Shown piece after piece: positions 9,188-19,020 of a stretch of 32,000 nucleotides of DNA; position 1 is the stretch's first letter, and each line of letters begins with the position of its first letter. The notes under the pieces were generated by a model. The model searched no databases and was not told where the DNA came from. It saw only the letters and a list, made by a program, of their open reading frames with translations. Where the stretch lies: contig OW818653.1 of the NCBI GenBank assembly GCA_942492995.1, positions 60,001 to 92,000 on the forward strand, in the 5' to 3' direction. The DNA comes from an uncultured Erysipelotrichaceae bacterium. GTDB lineage: Bacteria > Bacillota_I > Bacilli_A > Erysipelotrichales > Erysipelotrichaceae. A program made the translations under genes and the position numbers.

Positions 9188-9221
9188 TATGTTATAATTC
9201 TAAATAGATAAAGGTGAAATT

Positions 9222-10232
9222 ATGAAAGTTGCTTTATATTTCGAATCAGAAAAACTTATTCAAACATCTGGAATTGGTAGAGCATTTTACCATCAAAAAA
9301 TGGCACTGGAAAGTGCTGGGGTTGATTATACAACGGATACTGAGGATAACTTTGATATTCTACATATAAATACAGTAGGGATTACGAGTACATCTGAAAT
9401 TGAATCAGCGCGTAAAAAAGGTGCTAAAGTAATTTATCATGCACATAGTACTGAAGAGGACTTTAGAAACTCGTTTATTCTTTCGAATCAGATTGCGCCG
9501 TTTGTACGCAAACATTTAATTCATCTGTATTCTCAAGCGGACTATATTATTACACCAACCGTATATTCAAAAAAACTATTAATCGATTATGGGATTAATG
9601 TAGAAATAGAAGATGTTTCAAATGGAATTGATTTAAACCGATTTAAATATGATGAAGAAAAGGTAAAGGCATTTAAGAATTACTTTTCAATTGAAGATAA
9701 TCAAAAAGTTGTAATATCCGTTGGATTATATTTTGAGCGTAAAGGAATTCAAGATTTTATGGAAGTCGCAAAATATTTTCCAGATATAAAATTTATATGG
9801 TTTGGTTATACACCTATGATATCTATTCCAAAGTCAGTTCGCGATTTAATTCATGATCATCCTCGTAATGTAATATTGCCAGGTTATGTTAAAGGTCCTA
9901 TTATTGAAGGGGCGTATGCGGCAGCGGATTGTTTCTTCTTTCCGTCTTATGAAGAAACCGAAGGAATTGTCGTTTTAGAAGCACTTGCGTCTAAGTGCCC
10001 AGTATTAATACGAGATATTCCAGTCTATGAAGATTGGTTAGTCCATAATGAGTCGTGTTTCAAAGCGCATGATAATGAAGGCTTTGTTCAAATTATTCGA
10101 CAGATTATTAGTGGTGAAAATTTTAATCCTAGTATTAAAGAGAATGGATACGAAATCGCAAAAGCGCGGAGTATCGAAGAAATTGGCAAAAAACTAAAAT
10201 TGATTTACGAAAAAGTAAGGGGGACTGTATGA
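9222..10232 (+). CDS. GT4-family glycosyltransferase, CpoA-like (probable diglycosyl-diacylglycerol synthase)
   Basis: 336 aa with the GT4 E-x7-E motif (ETEGIVVLE). Its size and its position as the first of two overlapping GT4 genes resemble the streptococcal cpoA/MGlcDAG-synthase pair and the Acholeplasma glycolipid synthases. Sugar specificity is not deducible. Confidence 0.6.
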   Translation: MKVALYFESEKLIQTSGIGRAFYHQKMALESAGVDYTTDTEDNFDILHINTVGITSTSEIESARKKGAKVIYHAHSTEEDFRNSFILSNQIAPFVRKHLIHLYSQADYIITPTVYSKKLLIDYGINVEIEDVSNGIDLNRFKYDEEKVKAFKNYFSIEDNQKVVISVGLYFERKGIQDFMEVAKYFPDIKFIWFGYTPMISIPKSVRDLIHDHPRNVILPGYVKGPIIEGAYAAADCFFFPSYEETEGIVVLEALASKCPVLIRDIPVYEDWLVHNESCFKAHDNEGFVQIIRQIISGENFNPSIKENGYEIAKARSIEEIGKKLKLIYEKVRGTV

Positions 10233-12211
10233 GAATAGCGTTATTTAGTGACACCTATACACCTGAGATAAATGGGGTTGTCTCATCGATTGTGACACTA
10301 CAAGAAGGATTAGAGGCATTAGGCCATGAAGTTTTTATTATTACAACGCATGCGTCTATCATCAGTTTATCGTATGAAAATCGCGTTTTAAGATTACCAG
10401 GAATTCAATTAAAACAAATGTATGGTTACGTATTAACAAGTCCTTTACATATCCGTGCTTATCAAATTGTGAAAGATATGAATCTTGATGTACTTCATGC
10501 CCATACTGAATTTGGTATTGGCATATTTGCACGTATTGTGGCACGTTTAATGCATAAACCATTAGTTGTCACATATCACACAACATATGAAGATTATACG
10601 CATTATGTAAATGTGTTTAAGTCAAAAACATTCGAATCGTTTGCGAAAAAGACAGTCTCACAATTAAGTCGTTTATACATTGAATCGAGTGATGGAGCTA
10701 TTTCTCCGTCGGATAAAACGAAGGATATGCTTGAAGGATATGGAATAAAACGTGAAATAAAAGTTATTCCAACCGGTCTTAATCTTGATCGATTTAAAAA
10801 AGAAAATGTTAATTTTGATGAAGTTAATATAATTAAAAATACATTAGATCTAAATAATAAATTAGTTATATTATATGTTGGTCGAATTGCGAAAGAGAAA
10901 AGTATTGATTTAGTAATCGAAGGATTTTCAAAAATTAATCAAAACGAAATCCCAAGTCGCTTAGTCATCGTTGGGGCAGGTCCTCAAGAAGATGAATTAA
11001 AAGAACTCGCAAAACGTATCGCGGAACCTGGATCAGTTCTCTTCTTAGGTAAGAAAGCTGCACATACCATACCTATTTACTATCATGCATGTGATATATT
11101 TGTGTCCGCATCTCTAACTGAAACACAAGGTATGACATTCATAGAAGCCCTTGCGAGTGGTAAAGTTGTGTTCGCTCGTGAAGACCAAGTACTTATGGAT
11201 CTAATCGTTCCAAGTAAAAATGGATACTTCTTTGAAGATGCGCTTGATTTCGCAAATAAGATTCAAGAATACAATAATCTAAGTGAAATTGGTAAGGAAA
11301 ACATCAAGGTTAATGCGCTAGAGAGTTCATTACCGTATGATCGTGAAGTATTTGTTAAAAACGTATTGAATGTCTATCAAAATGCGATTAAAGTTGCGCA
11401 AGAAAGTATGTTGTTAAAATCCGTTCAACACAGTAATGATGTGGTAGAATGTGAACTAACGAATAAGAACCGAACAATTCAAGTATTAGTAAGCACAGAG
11501 ATGTTTGTAGCACTTGGATTAAGGAAGGGGAATGAATTGAATCAAGACACGATTGAAGAATTATTACAGAATGAACAGATTGTAAAAGCCTACCAAAGCT
11601 GTATACGTAAAATTAGTACGAAAGATCGTAGTAGAAAAGAAATGTATGATTTCTTGATTGATAATACGACATTAGAGATTGGTCAGATAAATCGATTAAT
11701 AGAACATCTTGAAAGTCGTAAGTATATCGATGATGAACAATATGCGAAAGATATGGTATCATCTCTACAGGCTTTATTGCAGGGTAAACAAAAAATTATC
11801 ACGACACTTCGTAAAAAAGGTATTTCACAAGAAATCATCGAGAAAGTTATTCAAATCGATAGCTTAGAGAATGAAGTTGTGAATGCATTAGCACTAGCAG
11901 AAAAGGTTAAACCGAATATTAAAGATAAATCAGTTCGTTTGAAAAAACAAAAATTGACACAAAAGTTAATGACCCAAGGATTTGATTTTAATGTAATCGA
12001 GTTGGTAATGCGTAGTTTAAGTTTTGCGGATGAAGAAAAAGGTGAACTTGATACTTTACGTAAAGCAACACAAAAAGCTAAACGTAAGTATGGATCTAAG
12101 TTCTCTGGGACTGGATTAAGGAATGCAGTATTTAACTATTTAGATCATCAAGGATTTAACTTAGATGATATTTATATTATATTGAACGAAATGGAGTGGG
12201 ATGATGAGTAG
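10229..12211 (+). CDS. Fusion protein: GT4 glycosyltransferase (aa 1 to about 390, MGlcDAG-synthase-like) plus a full-length RecX-like domain (aa 394-660)
   Basis: The N-terminal half starts MRIALFSDTYTPEINGV, carries E-x7-E (ETQGMTFIE) and has a GT4 fold pattern. The C-terminal 267 aa is colinear with long-form Firmicute RecX (YfhG-type) and includes the RecX signature RKYIDDEQYAKDMV and repeated three-helix units (...LRKKGISQEIIEKV..., ...LMTQGFDFNVIELV..., ...LDHQGFNLDDIYIIL). There is no stop between the two halves. An in-frame ATG lies at 11408. Confidence 0.75.
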   Translation: MRIALFSDTYTPEINGVVSSIVTLQEGLEALGHEVFIITTHASIISLSYENRVLRLPGIQLKQMYGYVLTSPLHIRAYQIVKDMNLDVLHAHTEFGIGIFARIVARLMHKPLVVTYHTTYEDYTHYVNVFKSKTFESFAKKTVSQLSRLYIESSDGAISPSDKTKDMLEGYGIKREIKVIPTGLNLDRFKKENVNFDEVNIIKNTLDLNNKLVILYVGRIAKEKSIDLVIEGFSKINQNEIPSRLVIVGAGPQEDELKELAKRIAEPGSVLFLGKKAAHTIPIYYHACDIFVSASLTETQGMTFIEALASGKVVFAREDQVLMDLIVPSKNGYFFEDALDFANKIQEYNNLSEIGKENIKVNALESSLPYDREVFVKNVLNVYQNAIKVAQESMLLKSVQHSNDVVECELTNKNRTIQVLVSTEMFVALGLRKGNELNQDTIEELLQNEQIVKAYQSCIRKISTKDRSRKEMYDFLIDNTTLEIGQINRLIEHLESRKYIDDEQYAKDMVSSLQALLQGKQKIITTLRKKGISQEIIEKVIQIDSLENEVVNALALAEKVKPNIKDKSVRLKKQKLTQKLMTQGFDFNVIELVMRSLSFADEEKGELDTLRKATQKAKRKYGSKFSGTGLRNAVFNYLDHQGFNLDDIYIILNEMEWDDE

Positions 12212-13145
12212 ACAAACAATTCAAAGTTTTGTGGAAGGTGAGAAGGTTAATACAAGTTTATTAATTACACAAATGCTTAAGGGGATTACCAATGCAGGTG
12301 CACCTTATGTATCTTTCACTCTACAAGACCAAACAGGGAATATTGAAGCTAAATTATGGGATGTTAAAGATGACACTTTAGTAGCGATTGAAGCGGGTAA
12401 AGTTGTTCAAGTAACAGGTGAAGTTCTTAAATACCGAAATGCGAATCAATTAAGACTATATGGATTAAGCCCATTAAAAGAATCTGATTTTAATCCAGCA
12501 GATTATGTTGTAAGCACAAGTTTAAGCTTAGAATTCATGCAGAAACGGATTAATGAAACGTTGGATTCGATGAAAGATCCAATCTATCAAGGGGTCTGTA
12601 AATCAGTTATATCCCATTACGTTGATAAACTATATATCTATCCTGCAGCCGCAAAGAATCATCATGATTTTGTTGGTGGACTTGCGACACATATGATTGC
12701 GATGTTGGATTTAGCAGAAAGTTTCTGTGTACTCTATCCAGCGTTGAATCGTGATTTATTATTATCAGGTGTATTACTTCATGATTTAGGTAAGATGGAA
12801 GAATTATCTGGTCCAATTCTTACTGAATATACACTTGAAGGAAGACTTGTTGGCCATATTTCGATTATGCAAAGTAAGGTGACTGAAGTTGCGACGAAAA
12901 TGGGGACAGAGAAATCTGAACAAGTAACCATGATGCGTCATATGATCCTTTCACATCACGGTGAATATGAATTTGGATCACCTGTATTACCCCTTATCAT
13001 GGAAGCTGAAATGTTAAACTATATTGATAATGTGGATGCGCGTATGAATATGTTAAGCAAAGCTCTTGATCAAACAAAAGCAGGTGAATGGACTGCGCGT
13101 GTATTTGCCTTAGAGAATCGTAGTTTCTATAAACCTAAAGAATAA
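12201..13145 (+). CDS. yhaM: 3'-5' exoribonuclease YhaM (OB-fold plus HD domain)
   Basis: 314 aa, the same length I recall for B. subtilis YhaM. N-terminal OB region (YVSFTLQDQTGNIEAKLWD), HD motifs LLHDLGK and SHHGEYEFGSP. The start overlaps the preceding stop by 11 nt. Confidence 0.85.
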   Translation: MMSRQTIQSFVEGEKVNTSLLITQMLKGITNAGAPYVSFTLQDQTGNIEAKLWDVKDDTLVAIEAGKVVQVTGEVLKYRNANQLRLYGLSPLKESDFNPADYVVSTSLSLEFMQKRINETLDSMKDPIYQGVCKSVISHYVDKLYIYPAAAKNHHDFVGGLATHMIAMLDLAESFCVLYPALNRDLLLSGVLLHDLGKMEELSGPILTEYTLEGRLVGHISIMQSKVTEVATKMGTEKSEQVTMMRHMILSHHGEYEFGSPVLPLIMEAEMLNYIDNVDARMNMLSKALDQTKAGEWTARVFALENRSFYKPKE

Positions 13146-13164
13146 GCAATTGCTTATTTTTTTT
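13142..13164 (+). terminator. Weak intrinsic terminator after yhaM
   Basis: ATAAGC-AATT-GCTTAT hairpin overlapping the TAA stop, followed by T7. The stem is short and AT-rich. Confidence 0.45.
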
Positions 13165-13176
13165 GAATCAAAGTAC

Positions 13177-13205
13177 TTGCAATATACCCCCACTGGGTAT
13201 ATATT
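13177..13205 (+). promoter_or_regulatory. cop operon promoter (TTGCAA-N17-TATATT) with an embedded CsoR operator
   Basis: Palindrome ATATACCC-CCACT-GGGTATAT at 13182-13202. The minus strand reads TACCCAGTGGGGGTA, close to my recollection of the B. subtilis copZA CsoR operator (TACCC-N3-GGGGGTA). It fills the -35/-10 spacer, overlaps the -10 box, and lies directly upstream of copZ-copA-csoR. Confidence 0.75.
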
Positions 13206-13224
13206 ATATCCAGAGGTGAAAACT

Positions 13225-13428
13225 ATGTTAAAGAAATTTGCAGTAGAAGGCATGACTTGTAACCATTGTGTACATCATGTCACAGTCGCATTAAGTGAAG
13301 TTGAAGGGGTTAAAGACGTTAAAGTATCATTAACTGAGAAATCAGCGTTAGTGAACTCTGATGATTCTGTTAGCTTTGAAACGTTACGTGCTGCGGTTGA
13401 AGAAGCGGGGTATAAACTTGTCGCATAA
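13225..13428 (+). CDS. copZ: Copper chaperone CopZ (single HMA domain)
   Basis: 67 aa starting at ATG 13225 behind GAGGTG, with the GMTCNHC metal-binding motif. The ORF-track start at 13150 (TTG) would run through the promoter and operator, so it was rejected. Confidence 0.9.
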   Translation: MLKKFAVEGMTCNHCVHHVTVALSEVEGVKDVKVSLTEKSALVNSDDSVSFETLRAAVEEAGYKLVA

Positions 13429-15871
13429 CATTCGCCACTATACCGTGACGGATATGACCTGCGCAAGTTGTGCTGCGGCTGTTCAAAGAACAGTCTCTAA
13501 ATTGGATGGAGTAGACCGTGCTGAGGTAAATCTTAGCACGGAGAAACTCACCATTGAGTTAAACAAAGACTTAGATTTCAAAACCATCCAAGCAGCTGTT
13601 GAAAAAGCAGGCTACGGTTTAGTAGAGCCAACACAAATTCGTCAAATAAACCTCGATATTGAAGGAATGACCTGTGCTTCATGTAGCGCAGCGGTTGAGC
13701 GTGCTATAAAGAAACAAAATGGGGTTCAGTCTGTGAGTGTAAACCTTACAACCAATAAGGCTACACTCGCATATGATCCTAGTTTAATAAAGTTATCAAC
13801 CATTAAACAAGCGGTTGAAAAAGCAGGCTATAAAGCAAGCGATATTCAAGTAGAAAAAGATGTGGATGATAAACGTAAAGAATTAGCGCTTAAACAAATG
13901 ACATTTAAACTTGTATTAGCGGCTATTTTCGCTTTACCATTATTGTATTTAGCAATGGGACATATGATTAAGGACATTGAATTATGGTTACCTGAATTCA
14001 TCGTGCCTCATATGTATCCATTAAACTTCGCATTGGTTCAATTAGTGTTATCCTTACCAATCTTATACGCTGGGCGTAAATTCTTTACAGTAGGCTTTAA
14101 AACACTATCACATGGGTCTCCAAATATGGATTCCTTGGTTGCGATTGGTACAGGTGCTGCGTTCTTATATGGTGTATTTAATACATATGGAATTTATCAA
14201 GGGAATCATGCGTTAGTCAATGATTTATACTTTGAATCAGCAGGTGTCGTTATTACGTTAATCCTTTTAGGTAAATGGTTAGAAGAACGCTCAAAAGGTA
14301 AGACTTCACAAGCGATTAAGAAATTAATGGGTTTAAGTCCTAAATCAGCGCATTTAGTACAAGGTTCAGAAACAATCGAAGTATTATTAGATGAAGTTGT
14401 GATTAATGATATTTTACTGGTTAAACCAGGTGAAAAAATACCAGTTGATGGTATTGTTGTAAGTGGTCAAAGTGCTGTCGATGAAAGTATGTTAACAGGT
14501 GAAAGCTTACCAGTTGAGAAACAAGTAGGCGATAAAGTTATTGGTGGATCACTCAATGCGAATGGTGTAATTACCATGCAGGCAAAGGCAGTTGGTCAAG
14601 ATACAGCTTTAGCACAGATTATTAAATTAGTGGAAGATGCACAAGGTCAAAAAGCGCCTATTGCACAATTAGCTGATGTTATTTCCGCATACTTTGTGCC
14701 AGTCGTAATCGTAATTGCGTTAGCGAGTGCGACCTTCTGGTGGTTAAATGGAAAAGATTTCCCATTCATTCTTAGTAGTTTTGTGACAGTACTTGTCATC
14801 GCATGTCCTTGTGCCCTTGGACTAGCGACACCTACCGCGATTATGGTAGGAACAGGTAAAGGTGCACAAATGGGTGTGTTATTCAAAGGCGGAGAAGCTC
14901 TTGAAATGGCACATAAAGTAAATGCGATTATCTTTGATAAAACAGGTACAATCACAAAAGGTACCCCGACATTAACCGATATCAAACCGATTGATTTAGA
15001 TGAAGCGTATTTCTTACGTTTAATCGCAAGTGCAGAATCAGTATCTGAACATCCATTAGCGAAAGCAGTGGTTAAACATACGATGGATAAACAAATTGTC
15101 TTATTAAGTGTTGATCAATATGAAGCAGTAAGTGGACGTGGACTTAAAGCATTCGTCGATAATAAATTAATTCTAATCGGTAACGAAGCTTGGATGAATG
15201 AGAATCAAATACCTGTACTTGAAAAAGAATGGGCAGATGAACTCTCATCGCAAGGTAAAACTGTTCTATGGGCTGCATATGATTCAAAACCAATTGGATT
15301 ATTTGCGGTAGCGGATGTCGTTAAAGAAAGTAGTTTAGAAGCGATTACGGCACTTAAGAAAATGGGCATTAAAGTCGCAATGATTACAGGTGATAATCAT
15401 AAAACCGCATCTGCGATTGCGAAACAAGTAGGCATTGATTTAGTTCTATCTGAAGTACTCCCTCAAGATAAAGGGGAAGAAGTCGATAAACTTAAGAAAC
15501 AAGGTTATATTGTCGCAATGGTAGGGGATGGCATTAATGATGCGGTCGCTTTAACTAAAGCCGATGTTGGGATTGCGATTGGATCTGGGACTGATGTAGC
15601 GATTGAATCAGCGGATGTGGTATTAATGAAGTCAGATCTAAAGGATGTGGCTAAGGCATTAAAACTATCTAAAGCTACGATGATTAATATAAAAGAAAAT
15701 TTATTCTGGGCATTTATTTATAATATTATTGGCATTCCGTTCGCAGCTGGTGTATTCTATTATTTTGGTGGACCTTTACTTAATCCAGTCTTAGCAGGTA
15801 CTGCGATGGCCTTAAGTTCTGTGTCAGTTGTGACGAACGCATTACGATTACGATTCTTTAAAATGAGGTAG
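13418..15871 (+). CDS. copA: Copper-translocating P1B-type ATPase CopA with two N-terminal HMA domains
   Basis: MTCASC occurs twice. TM CPC motif ([11 protein letters not shown]), DKTGT phosphorylation site, GDGINDA hinge and TGES-like TGESLP. The start is uncertain. The TTG at 13418 ([15 protein letters not shown]) keeps the first HMA beta-strand and overlaps copZ by only 11 nt. The ORF-track ATG at 13361 lies deep inside copZ. Confidence 0.9.
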   Translation: MSHNIRHYTVTDMTCASCAAAVQRTVSKLDGVDRAEVNLSTEKLTIELNKDLDFKTIQAAVEKAGYGLVEPTQIRQINLDIEGMTCASCSAAVERAIKKQNGVQSVSVNLTTNKATLAYDPSLIKLSTIKQAVEKAGYKASDIQVEKDVDDKRKELALKQMTFKLVLAAIFALPLLYLAMGHMIKDIELWLPEFIVPHMYPLNFALVQLVLSLPILYAGRKFFTVGFKTLSHGSPNMDSLVAIGTGAAFLYGVFNTYGIYQGNHALVNDLYFESAGVVITLILLGKWLEERSKGKTSQAIKKLMGLSPKSAHLVQGSETIEVLLDEVVINDILLVKPGEKIPVDGIVVSGQSAVDESMLTGESLPVEKQVGDKVIGGSLNANGVITMQAKAVGQDTALAQIIKLVEDAQGQKAPIAQLADVISAYFVPVVIVIALASATFWWLNGKDFPFILSSFVTVLVIACPCALGLATPTAIMVGTGKGAQMGVLFKGGEALEMAHKVNAIIFDKTGTITKGTPTLTDIKPIDLDEAYFLRLIASAESVSEHPLAKAVVKHTMDKQIVLLSVDQYEAVSGRGLKAFVDNKLILIGNEAWMNENQIPVLEKEWADELSSQGKTVLWAAYDSKPIGLFAVADVVKESSLEAITALKKMGIKVAMITGDNHKTASAIAKQVGIDLVLSEVLPQDKGEEVDKLKKQGYIVAMVGDGINDAVALTKADVGIAIGSGTDVAIESADVVLMKSDLKDVAKALKLSKATMINIKENLFWAFIYNIIGIPFAAGVFYYFGGPLLNPVLAGTAMALSSVSVVTNALRLRFFKMR

Positions 15872-15875
15872 AACG

Positions 15876-16163
15876 ATGGATAACTGTAAGCATACACACC
15901 GTGAGGTGGATGAACAAACTAAGCTAGTTAATCGATTAAATCGCTTAGAAGGTCAAATTCGTGGAATTAAGAATATGGTTGAAGAAGATGTGTACTGTGA
16001 TGATATCTTAATCCAGGTTGCGGCCGTAAAATCCGCTTTAGACGCATTCTCATCTCAACTATTTGAGAACCACTTAAAGACCTGTGTTGTACGTGATATT
16101 AAAGCGAATCACCCTGAAATCGTTGAAGAAGTACTCACAACGATTAAACGATTAACACGTTAA
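15876..16163 (+). CDS. csoR: Copper-sensing transcriptional repressor CsoR (CsoR/RcnR family)
   Basis: 95 aa. Family helix NRLNRLEGQIRGI and the Cu(I) ligand C-H-C signature (YCDDIL ... H-x3-C in ENHLKTC). Confidence 0.88.
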   Translation: MDNCKHTHREVDEQTKLVNRLNRLEGQIRGIKNMVEEDVYCDDILIQVAAVKSALDAFSSQLFENHLKTCVVRDIKANHPEIVEEVLTTIKRLTR

Positions 16164-16164
16164 A

Positions 16165-17388
16165 ATGGAAAAGAAGATCCGCATTGTGGGAATGACATGT
16201 GAGAATTGTGAAGCTTCAATCAAGAAGGCTCTTTTAAAACACGAATCCATTCAATCCGCTTCAGTTTCTTATAAAACAGGTATTGCCTATCTTAGAGGTT
16301 CTAAATCAATCTCAAACAATGAAATAAATGAGATGATTCAACCTCTTGGTTATGAACTCGATAAAGAGGCATTTCCTTGGTCATATATCCTTACATTATC
16401 AATCGGTTTAACATTATTTGTCTTATTTCAATATTTGTATGGTAGATTTAATTTCGATCCAACTCAATCCAATCTAAGCATTGGATTGGTAATTGGATAT
16501 GGACTTATTTCTTCCTTACATTGTGTATCCATGTGTGGTGGTTTAGCACTATCCGCGAGTCTTAATCAAAAGAATAAAACGTATTTCGATACGATTGTAA
16601 AGTATCAAGTCGGTAGACTTATTTCATACACATTAACTGGATTAGTCCTAGGACTTGTCGGTTCTATTTTTCAAATATCCAATGAATTCAAGAATATCTT
16701 ATTATTAGGTGCAGGTATTTGGTTAGTCTTATTATCCTTTCAAATGGCAAACTTAATTAAACTGCCCGATATCAAATGGAGTAAGAAGTTTCAATCAAAC
16801 ACTTCATTCACAATTGGTCTATTTAATGGATTAATGCCTTGTGGTGCTTTACAAACCATGCAGATTGTCGCACTATCCTCTGGTAGTCCAATTACAGGTT
16901 CAATTATGATGTTTGTCTTTGGATTGGTTACTTCACCTGCCTTAATGGGTATGCAGTGGCTAGGGCTAAGATTAACTCAAGTAAAAGCTAAAACGATTAA
17001 ACTCGTTAGTTCAATGATTGTATTATTACTTGGTCTACAAATGATTATTCAATCTCCGATCATTAATAATACAATTAATGTAGTATTCAGAGATGTTAGA
17101 CAAGCTCCAATCGTAGAAGGTGTACAACGTGTCACATTAACCATCCAAGAAGGTCGCTATGTACTAGATTACAACACGGTACAGCCCGATATTCCAGTTG
17201 AGTTAAGTTTCAAACACACACAATTCTTAGGTTGTGCAAATCCAATTATCTTAAGCTTTTTAAACAATCAGGTTGTGGATGTATTAGATAATCCAGCTCC
17301 TGTCACATTCATCCCAACTCAAGAAGAGCTTAGAATACATTGTTGGATGGATATGGATACCATTACACTATATGTAAAAAAACTATAA
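16165..17388 (+). CDS. Three-domain membrane protein: N-terminal HMA domain, DsbD_2/TauE-SafE-like polytopic core, C-terminal cupredoxin_1-like domain
   Basis: GMTCENC HMA motif (aa 9-15). The membrane core has intramembrane HCVSMCGG and MPCGALQ motifs typical of PF13386-type proteins. The C-terminal ~90 aa has LGC...HCWMDMD, resembling the C..C.M.M cupredoxin_1 pattern. The ATG lies 1 nt after the csoR stop, so it is the last gene of the cop operon. Confidence 0.7.
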   Translation: MEKKIRIVGMTCENCEASIKKALLKHESIQSASVSYKTGIAYLRGSKSISNNEINEMIQPLGYELDKEAFPWSYILTLSIGLTLFVLFQYLYGRFNFDPTQSNLSIGLVIGYGLISSLHCVSMCGGLALSASLNQKNKTYFDTIVKYQVGRLISYTLTGLVLGLVGSIFQISNEFKNILLLGAGIWLVLLSFQMANLIKLPDIKWSKKFQSNTSFTIGLFNGLMPCGALQTMQIVALSSGSPITGSIMMFVFGLVTSPALMGMQWLGLRLTQVKAKTIKLVSSMIVLLLGLQMIIQSPIINNTINVVFRDVRQAPIVEGVQRVTLTIQEGRYVLDYNTVQPDIPVELSFKHTQFLGCANPIILSFLNNQVVDVLDNPAPVTFIPTQEELRIHCWMDMDTITLYVKKL

Positions 17389-17409
17389 AGCAATTTTATA
17401 GTTTTTTTT
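17376..17409. terminator. Bidirectional AT-rich terminator between convergent genes
   Basis: A6-ACTATAAA-GCAAT-TTTATAGT-T7. The stem is AT-only, so it is predicted weak. Confidence 0.5.
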
Positions 17410-17698
17410 ATTCTGTCCAATATATTCTTGGATTAATGATAGTTATATCCTCTTTAGGTAGATTAAAGTGACTAACAAGATATTCAATTAACTCATCACG
17501 ACTTAACGTGGTTTTACCTTGAAGTGCGCCACTTGTTCCATAGTTATCAAAATATCCAAGTTCTTCTAGATCATCTCTTGATAATTTACCAACAGAAGAA
17601 TTTTTTAATTGAATGATAAACTCATTCTTTTGCGAAGGTCTCTTACTTTTATTCAAACCAAGCATGTCTCTAATAAATTCAACGAATTTTTCAAACAT
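17408..17698 (-). CDS. Hypothetical protein (96 aa), no family recognised
   Basis: ORF with the RBS AAAGGAG (reverse complement of 17705-17711) about 6 nt upstream of the ATG. It sits directly downstream of the HIT gene on the same strand. I recognise no motifs. Confidence 0.5.
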   Translation of the reverse strand: MFEKFVEFIRDMLGLNKSKRPSQKNEFIIQLKNSSVGKLSRDDLEELGYFDNYGTSGALQGKTTLSRDELIEYLVSHFNLPKEDITIINPRIYWTE

Positions 17699-17715
17699 AG
17701 GACTCCTTTACCAAT

Positions 17716-18114
17716 TTATAAACACAATTGAGCGACTTCTTCCTTAGTATATCCAATTCTGTCATCATGATTGAATAGAAGAACTAATCCATCATTCTCA
17801 TCATAACGCGGAATCAAATGAAAGTGTACATGAAATACAGATTGTCCAGCCGCACCATTCATATTACTTAATAGATTAAATCCATTAGGTTTTAATATCG
17901 TTTGGTAATGTTGGGTTAACTGTTTTGCGACAGTATGAATGTGTTTAATGGTATCACTATCACAATCTAAAAAGTTATCATAATGTTTCTTTGGGATAAT
18001 CAATGTATGACCTTTTGTGACAGGATTAATATCAAGAAATGCTAAGACTTGATCATCTTCATAAACAGCTTTTGAAGGAATCTCATGATTCGCAATTTTA
18101 CAGAATACACACAT
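17716..18114 (-). CDS. HIT (histidine triad) family nucleotide hydrolase
   Basis: 132 aa. N-terminal CVFCKI...E and the histidine triad HVHFHLIPR. RBS AAGAGG upstream. Confidence 0.88.
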   Translation of the reverse strand: MCVFCKIANHEIPSKAVYEDDQVLAFLDINPVTKGHTLIIPKKHYDNFLDCDSDTIKHIHTVAKQLTQHYQTILKPNGFNLLSNMNGAAGQSVFHVHFHLIPRYDENDGLVLLFNHDDRIGYTKEEVAQLCL

Positions 18115-18142
18115 GTTAGTACCTCTTTATTCAATCATAACA

Positions 18143-18171
18143 TAAAAAAAGACTGTGAATTAACACAGTCT
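18143..18171 (-). terminator. Intrinsic terminator after the lipoprotein gene (minus strand)
   Basis: Minus strand reads AGACTGTG-TTAATT-CACAGTCT followed by T7. The 5' arm overlaps the TAG stop at 18170-18172. Confidence 0.75.
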
Positions 18172-19018
18172 ACTCAGCTAAATAATTTGGATATGTTTGA
18201 ACAAATACATCATAGATTGATTTATCATAAATTGTAAAATTGTGTTTTACAAAGTATGTTTCTAATGCTTTATCAGAGAATGTTGTATCAACCGCAAATG
18301 TATCAATAATTTCTTGTTTCAACTTGTTTGTGTCCGCATTGGTAATTTGTACAATGTAGTTCGTTGTGCCATCCGTTAATACATCAGACAATGTTGGAGT
18401 TGTTAAGTAATCCACAAAGTTGATAACTACATCTGGTAAGCTACTTGTATTATTAACCAATTCTTCATCACCTGGGTAGGTTGAAGTTGAATATTTATCC
18501 GCAACAACTGAGAAATCTTCACCAGCTTTAATTTCTGCTAAAGCAGCCGCAGCTAATGTCGCATCCGTAATTTCGATTAAACGAATTTTCTTAGGACGGT
18601 AACCAGCAACTAATGAATCGAAGTTTTCAGTTAAGTATGTATTAACTAAAGCTTCTTGTTGAAGACTAGGTAGAATTCCATTGTCATAATAATCTGTTGT
18701 ATCTTTATAGCCATAATATTCTAAGTAAAGTTCAATATTATCTGTTACAGAATCTGTAAATTGTTTTAATACTTCATCTGCTTCAACTTTCATTTCATCT
18801 GTTACAGGTACTTCTTTATTCAAGATAACACGAGTAGCCATTTGTTTGATAATCGCTGTAGAATCAGTAGACATCATTTGTGAATAAACTTCACCGATTG
18901 TTACGGTACGATCCCCAACTTTGATTAATACTTCTTTTGAGTTTGATACATTCGTTGTCTTGTTTCCACAACCAACAAGTAATAAACTTAAACCTAAGAT
19001 TACGAGTACTTTTTTCAT
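18170..19018 (-). CDS. Lipoprotein, PrsA/SurA-N-terminal-like, without an obvious parvulin domain
   Basis: Signal peptide with lipobox MKKVLVILGLSLLLVGC. The composition and the start of the mature region (KVGDRTVTIGEVYSQMM) parallel the N-terminal chaperone region of the upstream PrsA-like paralogue. No GYH.I/SH.LV parvulin motifs are seen. Confidence 0.55.
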   Translation of the reverse strand: MKKVLVILGLSLLLVGCGNKTTNVSNSKEVLIKVGDRTVTIGEVYSQMMSTDSTAIIKQMATRVILNKEVPVTDEMKVEADEVLKQFTDSVTDNIELYLEYYGYKDTTDYYDNGILPSLQQEALVNTYLTENFDSLVAGYRPKKIRLIEITDATLAAAALAEIKAGEDFSVVADKYSTSTYPGDEELVNNTSSLPDVVINFVDYLTTPTLSDVLTDGTTNYIVQITNADTNKLKQEIIDTFAVDTTFSDKALETYFVKHNFTIYDKSIYDVFVQTYPNYLAE

Positions 19019-19020
19019 AA

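Noticed and set aside
13205-13224. TCCAGAGGTG resembling the PyrR-binding loop core (UCCAGAGAGG)
   Set aside because: It is the copZ ribosome-binding region (GAGGTG), it lacks the flanking hairpin, and it sits in a copper operon. I regard it as a chance partial match.
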